64,000 nucleotides of DNA, taken from positions 1-64,000 of the IMG/VR virus record IMGVR_UViG_3300021400_000621; one strand, given 5' to 3'. Under the pieces are notes generated by a model. It was not told the origin of the DNA. It saw only the letters and a program-made list of their open reading frames with translations, and did no database searches. A program made the translations under genes and the position numbers. Source of the stretch: a virus. Its lineage: Duplodnaviria > Caudoviricetes. Of this stretch, positions 36,319-46,070 are shown in pieces; the stretch's first letter is position 1; each line of letters starts with the position of its first letter.

Positions 36319-38565
36319 ATGTATATAGTAAAAAGAGATGGACGTAAAGTTCCTTTTAACCAAAACAAAATTATTGATGCAATTCTCAGCGCATTTATAG
36401 AAATTGATGGCCAGGTATCAGAGTATGCCCTCATCAAAGCTGGTAATATTGCAGACTATATTCTTGAATATGCAAAGAAAGCAGACCATCTGCTTGATGT
36501 AGAAGAAGTTCAAGATATGGTAGAAACAGGACTTATGTCCACTAAAAGAAAAGATGTAGCTAAAGCATATATTAGTTACAGACAGGAAAGAACAAAAGAA
36601 CGTAATAGACGTGATGAAGTACAGCAACTAGTTCGTGAGAAACTTTATGCTCTGAATGTACAGAATCAAAATGCTAATGTCGATGAGCACTCATTCGGCG
36701 GCCGCAAAGGAGAAGTAGATTCAGTAGTTATGAAAGATATTGCTTTAAGTGATTTAATTTCACCAAAAGCAGTAAAAAATCATGTTGAAAATAGAGTTTA
36801 TATTCATGACCTTGATGCTTATGCAGTAGGTATGCACAACTGCTTATCTGTTCCTTTCGATAAAATTCTTGCTAATGGATTTTTTGATGGAAAACAAACA
36901 GATGTTCGTGGCGCTAATTCTGTAAATACTGCATTTCAACTTGTAGCTGTTGTATTCCAGCTTCAATCACTTCAGCAATTTGGTGGAGTATCTGCTACAC
37001 ACCTAGATTGGACAATGGTTCCATATGTAAGAAAGTCATTCTATAAGCATTATGCTGATGGATGTAAGTACATAGGCAATCTTGACGAGGATAATTTAGA
37101 TAAAATTATCACATATGCAAGAAATGAACAGTTAAGTATTGATGATGACTATTTCAAAGAAGATAGTAAAATTTATCAATATGCTCTTGATATGACAAAG
37201 AAGGAAGTACATCAAGCTGTTGAAGGTATGTATCATAACCTAAACACTCTTCAGAGCAGAAGTGGTAATCAGCTTCCTTTTACAAGTATTAACTATGGTA
37301 CTTGTACACTTCCAGAAGGTAGAATGGTAACTGAAGCACTACTTACGGTATCTATGGAAGGTGTTGGTAAACTTGGTCTTACTCCTATTTTCCCTTGTGG
37401 TATATTCCAGTATTGGAAAGGTGTAAATGATAAACCAGGTACACCGAATTATGACCTGTTCAAGATGGCACTCAAAAGTACATCTATGAGATTATATCCA
37501 AACTATGCTAATGTAGACTGGTCAGGTAATGCTGGGTATGATCCTAAGGACCCGAAAACATACTTCTCAACAATGGGTTGCAGAACTGCCAATGGATGGG
37601 ATATTAATGGATTCGGTCAACTAAAGGATGGTAGAGGAAATATCTGTCCAGTTACTATAATCATGCCAACTATTGCTATGGAAGCAAAAGAAGAAGCAGA
37701 AAATAGTGATGGTGTTGACATAATTGATGTATTTATGGAAAAGTTAGATAACGCAATTCATGATGCTAAAGATATTCTGATTGAAAGATTCGATTGGATT
37801 TGCAGTCAAGATGCGGCAAGTGCTAAATTTATGTGGATGAATGGCACTATGGAGGGATATGACCCTGAAGAAGGACCAAAGTCTGCACTTAAGCATGGTA
37901 CACTTGCTCTTGGTCAATTAGGATTAGCAGAAACTCTTCAAATCCTCATAGGCTGCGACCACACAGACGAGAGAGGAATGGAACTTGCAAAGCGTATAGA
38001 ACAACTGTTTAAAGACCGTTGTGCTCAGTTCAAAGAAGAGGAAAGACTTAACTTCGGTGTATATTATACTCCAGCCGAGAACCTCTGCTATACTGCGATG
38101 AAGAAGTTTAAGGCTAAGTATGGGGAGATTCCAAATGTCAGTGATAGAGAATATTTCACAAATTCGATGCATGTACCAGTCTGGAAAGAAATATCTCCAT
38201 TTGACAAAATTGATATTGAATCACAGCTTACTGGTTACAGTAGTGCTGGTTGTATTACTTATGTAGAACTCGACGGAGCAGTACAGCACAACTTAGATGC
38301 TTTAGAAACATTAGTAAATTATGCTATGGATAAGGATATTCCTTATTTTGCTATTAATATTCCAAATGACCAGTGCTTAGATTGCGGCTGGACTGGAGAA
38401 ATTAATGAAACATGCCCTAAGTGCGGTGGTAATCATATTCAAAGACTGAGAAGAGTTACAGGTTATTTAACTGGTAATTATACAACTGCATTTAATCTGG
38501 GTAAACAAGCTGAAGTTAAGGATAGATATAAGCATAGCAACAGACTAGTAAATTGGAGGCATTAA
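36319..38565 (+). CDS. nrdD: Anaerobic (class III) ribonucleoside-triphosphate reductase with ATP cone
   Basis: ATP cone KRDG, HNC, QFGG, GRGN, CLDC...CPKC, RRVTGYL glycyl-radical loop. Confidence 0.93.
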   Translation: MYIVKRDGRKVPFNQNKIIDAILSAFIEIDGQVSEYALIKAGNIADYILEYAKKADHLLDVEEVQDMVETGLMSTKRKDVAKAYISYRQERTKERNRRDEVQQLVREKLYALNVQNQNANVDEHSFGGRKGEVDSVVMKDIALSDLISPKAVKNHVENRVYIHDLDAYAVGMHNCLSVPFDKILANGFFDGKQTDVRGANSVNTAFQLVAVVFQLQSLQQFGGVSATHLDWTMVPYVRKSFYKHYADGCKYIGNLDEDNLDKIITYARNEQLSIDDDYFKEDSKIYQYALDMTKKEVHQAVEGMYHNLNTLQSRSGNQLPFTSINYGTCTLPEGRMVTEALLTVSMEGVGKLGLTPIFPCGIFQYWKGVNDKPGTPNYDLFKMALKSTSMRLYPNYANVDWSGNAGYDPKDPKTYFSTMGCRTANGWDINGFGQLKDGRGNICPVTIIMPTIAMEAKEEAENSDGVDIIDVFMEKLDNAIHDAKDILIERFDWICSQDAASAKFMWMNGTMEGYDPEEGPKSALKHGTLALGQLGLAETLQILIGCDHTDERGMELAKRIEQLFKDRCAQFKEEERLNFGVYYTPAENLCYTAMKKFKAKYGEIPNVSDREYFTNSMHVPVWKEISPFDKIDIESQLTGYSSAGCITYVELDGAVQHNLDALETLVNYAMDKDIPYFAINIPNDQCLDCGWTGEINETCPKCGGNHIQRLRRVTGYLTGNYTTAFNLGKQAEVKDRYKHSNRLVNWRH

Positions 38566-39071
38566 TGTTAATACATATAAATGGTATTAATGGTAATGAT
38601 ATGGTTAATGGAGAGGGAGTTTCAGTCTCCCTCTTCATGCAAGGATGTCCCCATCATTGTCCTGGATGCTTTAATCCAGAGTCTTGGGATTTTGATGGTG
38701 GATATACAATAGAGCAGGATGAATTGTTTAAGGATATTTTAAATAAAATGACTGCTAATGGTTTGCAGAGGAATTTTAGTTTTCTTGGCGGCGAGCCTTT
38801 AGCGCCTCAGAACCTGGCTCTAACGCAGCATATCATTCACTATTTAAGAGATAATTTAGACTATATACCTAAAATTTATATTTGGTCTGGTTATACTTTG
38901 CAGGAATTGATAGAGAGAAGTAAGATAGAACCAGCTATTAAAGATGTATTGATTTATACATATTGTTTAATAGATGGCCCTTATAAATATGAAGAAAGAG
39001 ATTTGACTTTAGAGTTAAGAGGAAGTGCAAATCAAAATATTATCTACCACCCTGGTGATTACATAAATTGA
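38565..39071 (+). CDS. nrdG: Class III RNR activating radical-SAM protein
   Basis: GCPHHCPGCFN, GGEP, DGPY, RGSANQ. Confidence 0.92.
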   Translation: MLIHINGINGNDMVNGEGVSVSLFMQGCPHHCPGCFNPESWDFDGGYTIEQDELFKDILNKMTANGLQRNFSFLGGEPLAPQNLALTQHIIHYLRDNLDYIPKIYIWSGYTLQELIERSKIEPAIKDVLIYTYCLIDGPYKYEERDLTLELRGSANQNIIYHPGDYIN

Positions 39072-39096
39072 CAAGATTGTAAAATTTTGATATAAT
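39068..39096 (+). promoter_or_regulatory. Sigma-A-type promoter
   Basis: TTGACA-17 nt-TATAAT with TG. Confidence 0.8.
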
Positions 39097-39132
39097 ATAT
39101 AGAGAATAAGAGATAAAAGGAGAGGATGTAAT

Positions 39133-39507
39133 ATGGCTGAACTAACTATGGGAAATCTTCATGACATGAATAAGCAACTGAGTGAACAGATGCCAGTGAA
39201 GAGTATTCCTGAAATATTAGCTCTATATCCTAAATTAGAAAATTGGTTTGAATATAGCATAGATAGATATGCTATGTTGCTTTGTCATGAGCAGAGAGAC
39301 TTTACTATTTTTAATAAAGTATCTGATATGGCTGATATGGCAAAAGAAGCAACAAAAGCATTATTTGAATGTATAGAGAACCGCGGCGGCCTTGTCTCAA
39401 TGGATCCTGCCGACGGCGACGCATGGGAGATTTGGATTAGAGATGAAGATAATGCTGACCATTGCTATTATCTGTTTAATTATGACAATGCAGTAATAGA
39501 GGTGTAA
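39133..39507 (+). CDS. Hypothetical phage protein
   Basis: AAAGGAGAGG RBS. Confidence 0.65.
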   Translation: MAELTMGNLHDMNKQLSEQMPVKSIPEILALYPKLENWFEYSIDRYAMLLCHEQRDFTIFNKVSDMADMAKEATKALFECIENRGGLVSMDPADGDAWEIWIRDEDNADHCYYLFNYDNAVIEV

Positions 39508-39508
39508 G

Positions 39509-39757
39509 ATGAGAAAAAAGACCATAGAAATATTTATGAGTCCCGTCAAATTATCTTCTTCTGTTTTTATTAGAGATGAGCAAGGATTATTAACTTCTTA
39601 TAAAGTTGACAATAAAAAACTTGTTGATTTTGTTATTAAACAAGAGAATGTAGAAGAAGTAACAATTAACGGAGCTAAAATATATACAAGTAAATTTAAA
39701 GACCAAATGGAAAAACATATGGATAAGAATTGTAAATTCACATTAAGGAGTAAATAA
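39509..39757 (+). CDS. Hypothetical protein
   Basis: GAGGTG RBS, coupled. Confidence 0.6.
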   Translation: MRKKTIEIFMSPVKLSSSVFIRDEQGLLTSYKVDNKKLVDFVIKQENVEEVTINGAKIYTSKFKDQMEKHMDKNCKFTLRSK

Positions 39758-39996
39758 TGGCACATCTAATTAAAACAACAGAAGTATATAGAGTAGAGAC
39801 CGAGGACGAAGCTAAGAAATTTATTGAAGAACAGAAACAAAACGATTCCTATGAGATGATAAAATATTCTTCAGAATATAAAATCAAAAAGGCAAAAGGT
39901 GAAATAGAAGATGAATGGTTTAGAGTAACCCTTGTAAAGAATTTTGATGACGAAAAAGACCCTATAGGAAGTGTGAAGATTAGTTATGAAGATTAA
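39757..39996 (+). CDS. Hypothetical protein
   Basis: AAGGAG RBS, coupled. Confidence 0.6.
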   Translation: MAHLIKTTEVYRVETEDEAKKFIEEQKQNDSYEMIKYSSEYKIKKAKGEIEDEWFRVTLVKNFDDEKDPIGSVKISYED

Positions 39997-40414
39997 TATT
40001 AAGAAATTAGAACCAGAAGCTATAATACCTACAAAGGGAAGTGATGCGGCAGCAGGTGTGGACCTGTATGCACCTAGAGCTTTGGCGATTCACCCTGGAT
40101 CTAATGGAATTATTAATACTGGCCTTGCTATAGAAATACCTGATGGGTACTTTGGCGCTATATTTGCAAGATCCGGTATGGCTACCCGTAAGGGACTCCG
40201 CCCGGCTAACTGTGTAGGAGTTATTGACTCTGATTATAGAGGGGAAATTATAGTGGTTTTACATAATGATACTGATATAATTAGACCTGTTCAAGAAGGT
40301 GATAGAATTGCACAACTTGTTATTTTACCTTACGAGAAAATTGAGTTTAGTGAGGTGGAAGAACTTACTGACACAGAGCGCGCTGACGGCGGCTTCGGTA
40401 GTACTGGTAATTAG
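39986..40414 (+). CDS. dut: Trimeric dUTPase
   Basis: AAGVDL, RSG, GVIDSDYRGE, RIAQL, R..GGFGSTG. Confidence 0.93.
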   Translation: MKINIKKLEPEAIIPTKGSDAAAGVDLYAPRALAIHPGSNGIINTGLAIEIPDGYFGAIFARSGMATRKGLRPANCVGVIDSDYRGEIIVVLHNDTDIIRPVQEGDRIAQLVILPYEKIEFSEVEELTDTERADGGFGSTGN

Positions 40415-40426
40415 AACAATAAAAAT

Positions 40427-40446
40427 GCGGAGGCATTAGCCTCCGC
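40427..40446. terminator. Bidirectional terminator between dut and recombinase
   Basis: GCGGAGGC-atta-GCCTCCGC with A tract before and T tract after. Confidence 0.8.
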
Positions 40447-40453
40447 TTTTCTT

Positions 40454-41449
40454 TTATCCGAATATTCCTCGATAACTATTTATCATAGAACTAACATCAC
40501 TCTTTGCATATATTCTAGTTGTATTAATATTTTCATGCCCAAGATAATCCTGTACCTGTTCCAATGGCATGCCATGTCTAAGTAAATATGTTGCTGTAGT
40601 ATGTCTAATCAAATGAGGATATACTCTTCTACCTATGTCTGCTCTTTCACCTAACTTGCGAATTATCTTTTCAAGTGCTTCTTTTTTAATTCTATGATAT
40701 GGTCGCCTATCACTAACAAACAGTGCTGGGTCATCATCCTCTCTAATAGCTAGATATTCCTGGATGGCCATCACCGCCGCCGCATTTAACAAGACTACCC
40801 TTTCTTTATTGCCTTTTCCAGTTACCTTTAATATTCCACGATTAAAATCTATATCTTTAACATCAATATTTACCACCTCGCTTACTCTACATCCCGTCGC
40901 AAAGAAGAACTCAAGTAATGCACGTTCCTTTGGCTTAACACATGCATACCGCAATTTTTCTAGTTCCATATCGGTCAGAGGTTCCCGCACATTTTTCTTA
41001 TATTTAATTGGCTCTATAGTTGCCATAGGGTTTGATTTAATCCTGCCGCAATCCGTCATATATCTAAAGAATCCATTTAGGATTACTCTCATTGTATCTT
41101 TTCTTCTCTTGCTTATATGTCTACGGCGTTCATAATCATCTAAAAAAGTAATTACATCCCATTCCGTTACATCTGGTAGTGCTTTTGGTATAGCTAAACA
41201 AAATGCTTTAAGTGTTAATGAGTATTGCCGCAGCGTTCCTTCAGATAGTCCCTTTGCTTTCTTTCTAACTAGATACTGTAATACTTCTGAGTAACAGTTA
41301 TCTACAGTACATAGGCTAGTTTCCTGTGGAGAAAAATTAAAATTATTTATTACTTCTTCTATTGCTTTATCTATTATAAGTAAATCTGTTGATTCAAAAT
41401 TATTAGATAATGATTTGAGTATTTCATCTCTTATTTCTCTTGTAGTCAT
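40454..41449 (-). CDS. XerC/D-like tyrosine recombinase (putative shufflon invertase)
   Basis: N-terminal SAM-like domain; TGCRVSE, GKGNKER, HLIRH, LGH, TTRIY catalytic residues all present. Confidence 0.92.
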   Translation of the reverse strand: MTTREIRDEILKSLSNNFESTDLLIIDKAIEEVINNFNFSPQETSLCTVDNCYSEVLQYLVRKKAKGLSEGTLRQYSLTLKAFCLAIPKALPDVTEWDVITFLDDYERRRHISKRRKDTMRVILNGFFRYMTDCGRIKSNPMATIEPIKYKKNVREPLTDMELEKLRYACVKPKERALLEFFFATGCRVSEVVNIDVKDIDFNRGILKVTGKGNKERVVLLNAAAVMAIQEYLAIREDDDPALFVSDRRPYHRIKKEALEKIIRKLGERADIGRRVYPHLIRHTTATYLLRHGMPLEQVQDYLGHENINTTRIYAKSDVSSMINSYRGIFG

Positions 41450-41491
41450 AATTATTCTCCTTTTGTAAAAATTTAATTTCTTAAAAAAATA

Positions 41492-41520
41492 ATTATAACA
41501 TTTTATTTATAAAAATTCAA
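41492..41520 (-). promoter_or_regulatory. Sigma-A-type promoter of the recombinase
   Basis: TTGAAT-17 nt-TATAAT with TG on the minus strand, just outside the first inversion site. Confidence 0.7.
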
Positions 41521-41537
41521 TTGTATATTAAACAATA

Positions 41538-41553
41538 GTTAAGTAAATAATAA
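41538..41553 (+). repeat. Inversion site S1
   Basis: GTTAAGTAAATAATAA; perfect 16-bp inverted repeat with S2. Confidence 0.8.
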
Positions 41554-41905
41554 TTTTATAGCTAATCCTATTACTTTTTATGGTGCAAATGGAACAACTC
41601 CTGCTATTAATGCTTGGTATTTAGGTATGATAGTTTATATCTGTGGATTTGTTGAAAATGTAAGTACTGCAGCAAGCTCTGAAAAAATTATTGCAACTGT
41701 TAATCATTATAATACCATACCACATCCTAGGACTGTTATTAGAGTTCCAGGCAGATATGGAACAGCATACTATCCTGGAACTAATTGTTATACAGCAGTT
41801 ACAAGTCGAGACGGCCGTATAGATATAGTGATGACAAGTTCAACAAGCACTTCTAATGTGCAAGTTTATTTTGGAAGTGTTGTTTATTATGGTAGCATTG
41901 CCTAA
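41543..41905 (+). other. Silent tail-fibre tip cassette C1 (120 aa)
   Basis: TAA then VNNNFIANPITFYGANG...VYYGSIA; no RBS/start; extends tracked ORF 41627..41905. Confidence 0.75.
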
Positions 41906-41915
41906 AATAATCATT

Positions 41916-42248
41916 TTAATCAAAACGTAAGACTAATGTAAGACGTATATAATTTGTACCAGTATTATTAGCACAAATTGTATAAAAACGGTTTTGTTCC
42001 CCTGCTTGCGCATACCATAATGTCCCTCTACTACCAGCCATAGTATCATAGGTTTTTATGTCACAATATTGTACACCTGCAGGCTCCATTGGTCCAATAG
42101 CTAAACCATAAACACCTGCATTAGAATATGTGGCATATATAGAATATATTCCTGTATAGGGCCATGTAATAGAATATCTACTGCCCCATGAAGTGGTAGC
42201 AGTATATGAATACTGTGATGTCCATGTTGTTGTAAACTTATTATTTAC
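41916..42248 (-). other. Silent tail-fibre tip cassette C2 (110 aa, absent from ORF track)
   Basis: TAA then VNNKFTTTWTSQYSYTATTSWGSRYSITWPYTG...IRLTLVLRFD stop; open frame without a 5' start. Confidence 0.75.
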
Positions 42249-42253
42249 TTAAC
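42238..42253 (-). repeat. Inversion site S2
   Basis: Reverse complement GTTAAGTAAATAATAA. Confidence 0.8.
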
Positions 42254-42345
42254 CCACTTATTTAATTAACTTGTATAATTATACATATATAGCATCTTTG
42301 TTACTGCGGCAGGACCGCCGCCAAGACTATTAACTTAAATTGTCC

Positions 42346-42374
42346 TTGACTCTTGAAAAAATTTTTGCTACACT
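42346..42374 (+). promoter_or_regulatory. Sigma-A-type promoter of the RuvC-like gene
   Basis: TTGACT-17 nt-TACACT with TG. Confidence 0.6.
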
Positions 42375-42410
42375 GTAGTTAGATAGAATAAACAAAAAGA
42401 GGTAAATAAA

Positions 42411-42926
42411 ATGACAATTATGTCTTTAGATATATCAACTACATCAACAGGTATAGCAATATTTGATAATAATAAACTATTACTTGTAGAATGTATCGCA
42501 CCGACTGGCAATGTATGGAAGCGTATTCGCAAGATAACAAATAGAATAGAAGAATTGGTGGAACAATATAAGCCGCAGGCTATTATAGCAGAAGAACCAG
42601 AACCTGCATTTGTAAAGAATAATATAGATGTATATCGCAAATTAACAATAGCACATGGTGATATAACTATCATGTTAGATGAACATAAACTAGAAATGCA
42701 GCTGTGTACAAGTGCTCATTGGAGAAAAATGGTTGGAATTAAAACAGGTAGGGGGATAACAAGAGCTATGTTGAAACCAAAAGACATAGAAAAAGCGAAG
42801 GAATTATTCCCTAAGTTTGCGGCGGAGGTAAAACAGAATGATGACAAAGCCGATGCTATTTTAATTGGATATGCTTATTATCTTGAGCATGCAAAGAAAG
42901 AAGAATTAGAGTATAACTGGGAGTGA
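42411..42926 (+). CDS. RuvC-like Holliday junction resolvase
   Basis: LDISTTSTG, IIAEE, WRK..G, DD.ADAILIG RNase H-fold acidic residues. Confidence 0.85.
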   Translation: MTIMSLDISTTSTGIAIFDNNKLLLVECIAPTGNVWKRIRKITNRIEELVEQYKPQAIIAEEPEPAFVKNNIDVYRKLTIAHGDITIMLDEHKLEMQLCTSAHWRKMVGIKTGRGITRAMLKPKDIEKAKELFPKFAAEVKQNDDKADAILIGYAYYLEHAKKEELEYNWE

Positions 42927-42939
42927 CCTCCGGTAGGAA

Positions 42940-43016
42940 ACACGCGCGGGCGTAGGTGAATGACATCTTGTAATATCTAGAATAAGAAGTATGGAAGACA
43001 CGCCGCCGCGTGTCTT
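42940..43016. repeat. GC-stem hairpin element E1
   Basis: ACACGCGCGGGCG...CGCCGCCGCGTGT arms around TAGGTGA-N4-CATCTT-N4-TATCTAGA; alternative local stem AAGACACG/CGTGTCTT. Confidence 0.6.
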
Positions 43017-43040
43017 ATTTTAGTGAATTAAATGAACTTC

Positions 43041-43056
43041 GTTAGGTAAATAATAA
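43041..43056 (+). repeat. Inversion site S3
   Basis: GTTAGGTAAATAATAA. Confidence 0.78.
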
Positions 43057-43564
43057 TTCACAGACAATGAAAGAAAAATTATTTCTAGATGATTTTGCGT
43101 ATTTTTCTTTAAACAACGGAGTTACAATGCATCCAGCAGAAGGTGCAACAATTAGTAATAGTTCTAGCAATCCTGGAGGCATAACATATACTAGCTCTTA
43201 TGAAAATAATTTTATACATATTTATAACACAGGTGGAATACGTAATATGACTTCAAAAAATTTAGTGTTATTAGTGGCAATGCATATTAGCTATATAAAC
43301 TCAAGTTCTGCGGGAGATTATAGTATTGGAACATGGATTAAAAGACACACAGCAAGTGAAAGTACTTATCAAAATTATAAATATTTAGGTTTTACTTCCT
43401 CTAATACAGGCGTATATTGTATTGTTGCTGATACTGTCTATGTATCTATACCACCAGGAGGATATATAGCTATATTAGTTTATAATCAAACAAGTGGTAA
43501 AACTATAAAAACAGCTTCAAGTGGATGGGTAGATTTTATACCTGTATCTATGTATAATGAATAA
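43046..43564 (+). other. Silent tail-fibre tip cassette C3 (172 aa)
   Basis: TAG then VNNNSQT in frame with tracked ORF 43067..43564; beta-rich. Confidence 0.72.
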
Positions 43565-43567
43565 AAT

Positions 43568-43888
43568 TTAAAGAGCACTAGAAATAGTACCTAATATATA
43601 TCCGGCATTAACAGTTACAGCAATTTTTGCAGTTAAAGATTGACTAGAATTACGTATAGATATAGCAACTCCTTCTGAAGTAAAATTAGTACGATAAACA
43701 TAGCACCAACTACAATACTGACCTTGATTGCTAGCATTATTAATATCCCAATACCAAAGCATTCTACTATAGCTAGGATTGAGTGGTACAGGTACAGTAT
43801 ATATACCGATACCATTTGGAGCCAATGTTTGATTATCAAATAAGTAGGCATGGAATCTTATTAATTCTGGCGTAAAATTATTATTTAC
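43568..43888 (-). other. Silent tail-fibre tip cassette C4 (106 aa)
   Basis: VNNNFTPELIRFHAYLFDNQT in frame with tracked ORF 43568..43825. Confidence 0.72.
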
Positions 43889-43913
43889 TTTCCTATCATT
43901 TACTTAACTATTG
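43878..43913 (-). repeat. Inversion site S4 with tandem partial copy
   Basis: Minus strand CAATAGTTAAGTAAATGATAGGAAAGTAAATAATAA; the first 16 nt are identical to the S1 flank. Confidence 0.72.
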
Positions 43914-43958
43914 ATTTTCGTAAAAGATTTTTACAACCATTCGAGGCGAAGCCAAAAA

Positions 43959-43993
43959 AACGGGTGTTAAGCATTTTTAGCTTAACACCCGTT
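43959..43993 (-). terminator. Intrinsic terminator after xkdX-like gene
   Basis: AACGGGTGTTAAGC-7 nt-GCTTAACACCCGTT, with a minus-strand U tract. Confidence 0.85.
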
Positions 43994-44014
43994 AATCTAT
44001 CAATTATAAAATTA

Positions 44015-44164
44015 CTATGCTTCGTAAGGCTTTCCTGTAATTTCTGTAAACTCTGCTTCAGTAATTCCGAGATGTTTACCAACAACGGCTCTTACTCTCT
44101 CAATACTCCAGAGTCCTTTATCATAGAAACCTTTAATCTTTTCAAAATTTTTGCTATGATTCAT
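44015..44164 (-). CDS. XkdX-family small tail protein (49 aa, not in track)
   Basis: AAGGAGG RBS; MNHSKNFEKIKGFYDKGLWSIERVRAVVGKHLGITEAEFTEITGKPYEA. Confidence 0.8.
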   Translation of the reverse strand: MNHSKNFEKIKGFYDKGLWSIERVRAVVGKHLGITEAEFTEITGKPYEA

Positions 44165-44178
44165 AACATTCCTCCTTG

Positions 44179-44580
44179 TTACAGTTCAATATCAGACATA
44201 ATAGCAATGTACTCAATATCAGATGTGTTCTTTGCTGTCTGTTCTGCAAGACCTGGTTTAGCAAGTTCTACAAGAACAACATCACATTTGCTTTCTGTTG
44301 ATTCGCCTGTCTCTTCATCTACGCTTGTATCATATACATAGTCAAAGATTTTTTCAAGCTTTGCAACTACGCTATATCCAGTTACAATACGTAGAGTTTC
44401 TGTTTCAGTTTCATTTTTAATCTCAATACGAGCGATATTTGCGGCGTCACTAACAACGTCCTCAATCTCGCCCAGTTGGATTCCGTCAGCTTTGATCAGA
44501 GCGCGGAATACATCACTGTGAACGCTGAATCCACTTGGAACAACGTCATATTTAAAGTTTCCGAAAACAATTTTATTCAT
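44179..44580 (-). CDS. Tail-fibre-associated protein preceding XkdX
   Basis: C-terminal SDIEYIAIMSDIEL, typical of the gene upstream of xkdX. Confidence 0.65.
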   Translation of the reverse strand: MNKIVFGNFKYDVVPSGFSVHSDVFRALIKADGIQLGEIEDVVSDAANIARIEIKNETETETLRIVTGYSVVAKLEKIFDYVYDTSVDEETGESTESKCDVVLVELAKPGLAEQTAKNTSDIEYIAIMSDIEL

Positions 44581-44595
44581 ATTAAATCTCTCCTT

Positions 44596-44665
44596 TGCGG
44601 CGGCCTAGGTGACCACCATCTTTGTATATCTAGATAAAGCGGGATGTTTTTAACGACCTCCCGCA
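44596..44665. repeat. GC-stem hairpin element E2
   Basis: TGCGGCGG...TAGGTGA-N4-CATCTT-N4-TATCTAGATA...GGATGTTTTTAACG...CCCGCA, abutting the RBS of 44580. Confidence 0.65.
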
Positions 44666-44716
44666 ATTACAAACTTTTTATATATAAGTTTAAAAACGTA
44701 TCTATCTATTATTCCA

Positions 44717-45115
44717 CTAAATAATAAGACTCTCGACTACAATCATATTCCTTATGAATCCTTGGTATGGGGAAGTAGTTATTACTATACTGTGGGAAGT
44801 GCTTCAGTAAAGCAGGTTTACAATTTATTTTTAATTAATTTTATATTAACTATATCCCGTGAAATAGTAGATTTTTCTACCGTACAATTACTTAGATTAC
44901 CAACACACAGATTAAGTGGACCACAATTTTCTACTGTAATGGCTTATAGTAGTAGCAGTGGAACTGCTCCTAGTGTTTATCCATATGGTGGATCTGAACT
45001 GGCAGCAGGAGGCAGGACTTATTTAGCTCAATCTATAATGTATCATGTATATTCTGGATATAAACTTGGAATGATGTGTATTATAGTTGGAGAGCCTGGA
45101 TACGGATGGGATTAA
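44717..45115 (+). other. Silent cassette C5 (132 aa) starting at site S5 (core 44718..44727)
   Basis: LNNKTLDYNHIPYES in frame with tracked ORF 44762..45115; upstream in-frame stop, no ATG. Confidence 0.7.
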
Positions 45116-45127
45116 TTAATTTTATAT

Positions 45128-45955
45128 CTAGTCTTCAATCTGTTTATATAGAAATCTAACAGTAACTTTTTCTGTTCTTAGTGCAGAAGAATACATTCTG
45201 ATTGCGATTCCTCCACCTGCAATGTAATCACTATAATCCATAAACCAATTATTATATCTTGGATTAGATGATGTAACTGATACCATAAGCGGTGTGATAC
45301 CACCACTTACACCTAACTGACTTGGAGTTACAATTACCACTCTTACTGTATTTGCTTGAAGTGTATAATTTTCTGTAAACATCGCTAGTCTTACAGTATT
45401 AATAGAAAAGTTATTATTTAATGTACTTAATTGCTGAGCGATAGTACTTGTCGCGTCCGGTAGATCCGAAGCACTAGCATAACCGACTACATTAGCAAAA
45501 TAATCATTCAAAGCAGATTGGGAATATGTCTTATAGTCACTAGGACTTGCAACATCCTCAACACTAGATAAAAATACGTCTTTAAACTTGTTGTCTACTC
45601 TTTTTCTAAACCTATTGAATTTTGTCCACATACTAGATGTAACTTCTGTTGCATTAGTAACACGGACACTGGTGTCTAATAGTTCAGTTGATGTTTCACT
45701 ACTAGACGAATCAAAATTCTGTATACCACTTGAAACTGTGGTGTTACCAATGTTACCACCTGATGCAGTAACCTTGGTGTTGATCTGACTCTGTATTGGT
45801 GCGGCGGCGCTTGGTATATCGCCGAGCACAGTCTGGAGATCTTTAGTACTAGAGTCAGACATTTCTACATCTACATTTGAAGCATCAGCACCAATGGGTG
45901 TTTCTGTACCCCATATGCCGTCCTCAAACTGAGATACTGATTTAATTTTTGACAT
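45128..45955 (-). CDS. Tail fibre 2: constant N-terminus fused to cassette C6 at site S6 (core 45411..45420)
   Basis: Paralogue of 46469..47461 up to QLSTLNNN, unrelated afterwards. Confidence 0.8.
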   Translation of the reverse strand: MSKIKSVSQFEDGIWGTETPIGADASNVDVEMSDSSTKDLQTVLGDIPSAAAPIQSQINTKVTASGGNIGNTTVSSGIQNFDSSSSETSTELLDTSVRVTNATEVTSSMWTKFNRFRKRVDNKFKDVFLSSVEDVASPSDYKTYSQSALNDYFANVVGYASASDLPDATSTIAQQLSTLNNNFSINTVRLAMFTENYTLQANTVRVVIVTPSQLGVSGGITPLMVSVTSSNPRYNNWFMDYSDYIAGGGIAIRMYSSALRTEKVTVRFLYKQIED

Positions 45956-45977
45956 AATTTAATCTCTCCTTTTGTCT

Positions 45978-46030
45978 CGCGGCGGTCCCGCCGCAGGATA
46001 TGTAAGCGGTGCCCGGTGAAAGACACCGCG
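45978..46030. repeat. GC-rich hairpin E5 upstream of tail fibre 2 RBS
   Basis: GCGGCGG-TC-CCGCCGC plus GCGGTG...CACCGC; lacks the CTAGAT core. Confidence 0.5.
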
Positions 46031-46070
46031 GAATTGGTTTCATTAAAATTGGGTTTCATCTGTTATTTTA

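Noticed and set aside
12074-38565. Inteins or introns in gyrB, gyrA, ligA, dnaB, dnaE, nrdD
   Set aside because: Lengths are normal and no C/S...HN splice motifs or LAGLIDADG blocks were seen.
40454-41449. Recombinase as a prophage integrase marking lysogeny
   Set aside because: No repressor or attP context is nearby; it lies at the end of the tail operon beside inverted cassettes. Lysogeny is not excluded but is unsupported here.
41538-43913. Integron interpretation: flanks GTTAAGT/GTTAGGT fit the GTTRRRY core and the recombinase is adjacent
   Set aside because: No attC hairpin follows each cassette, cassettes are in inverted pairs and start-less, and the recombinase shows no IntI-specific insertion before the HxxRH box; inversion fits better.
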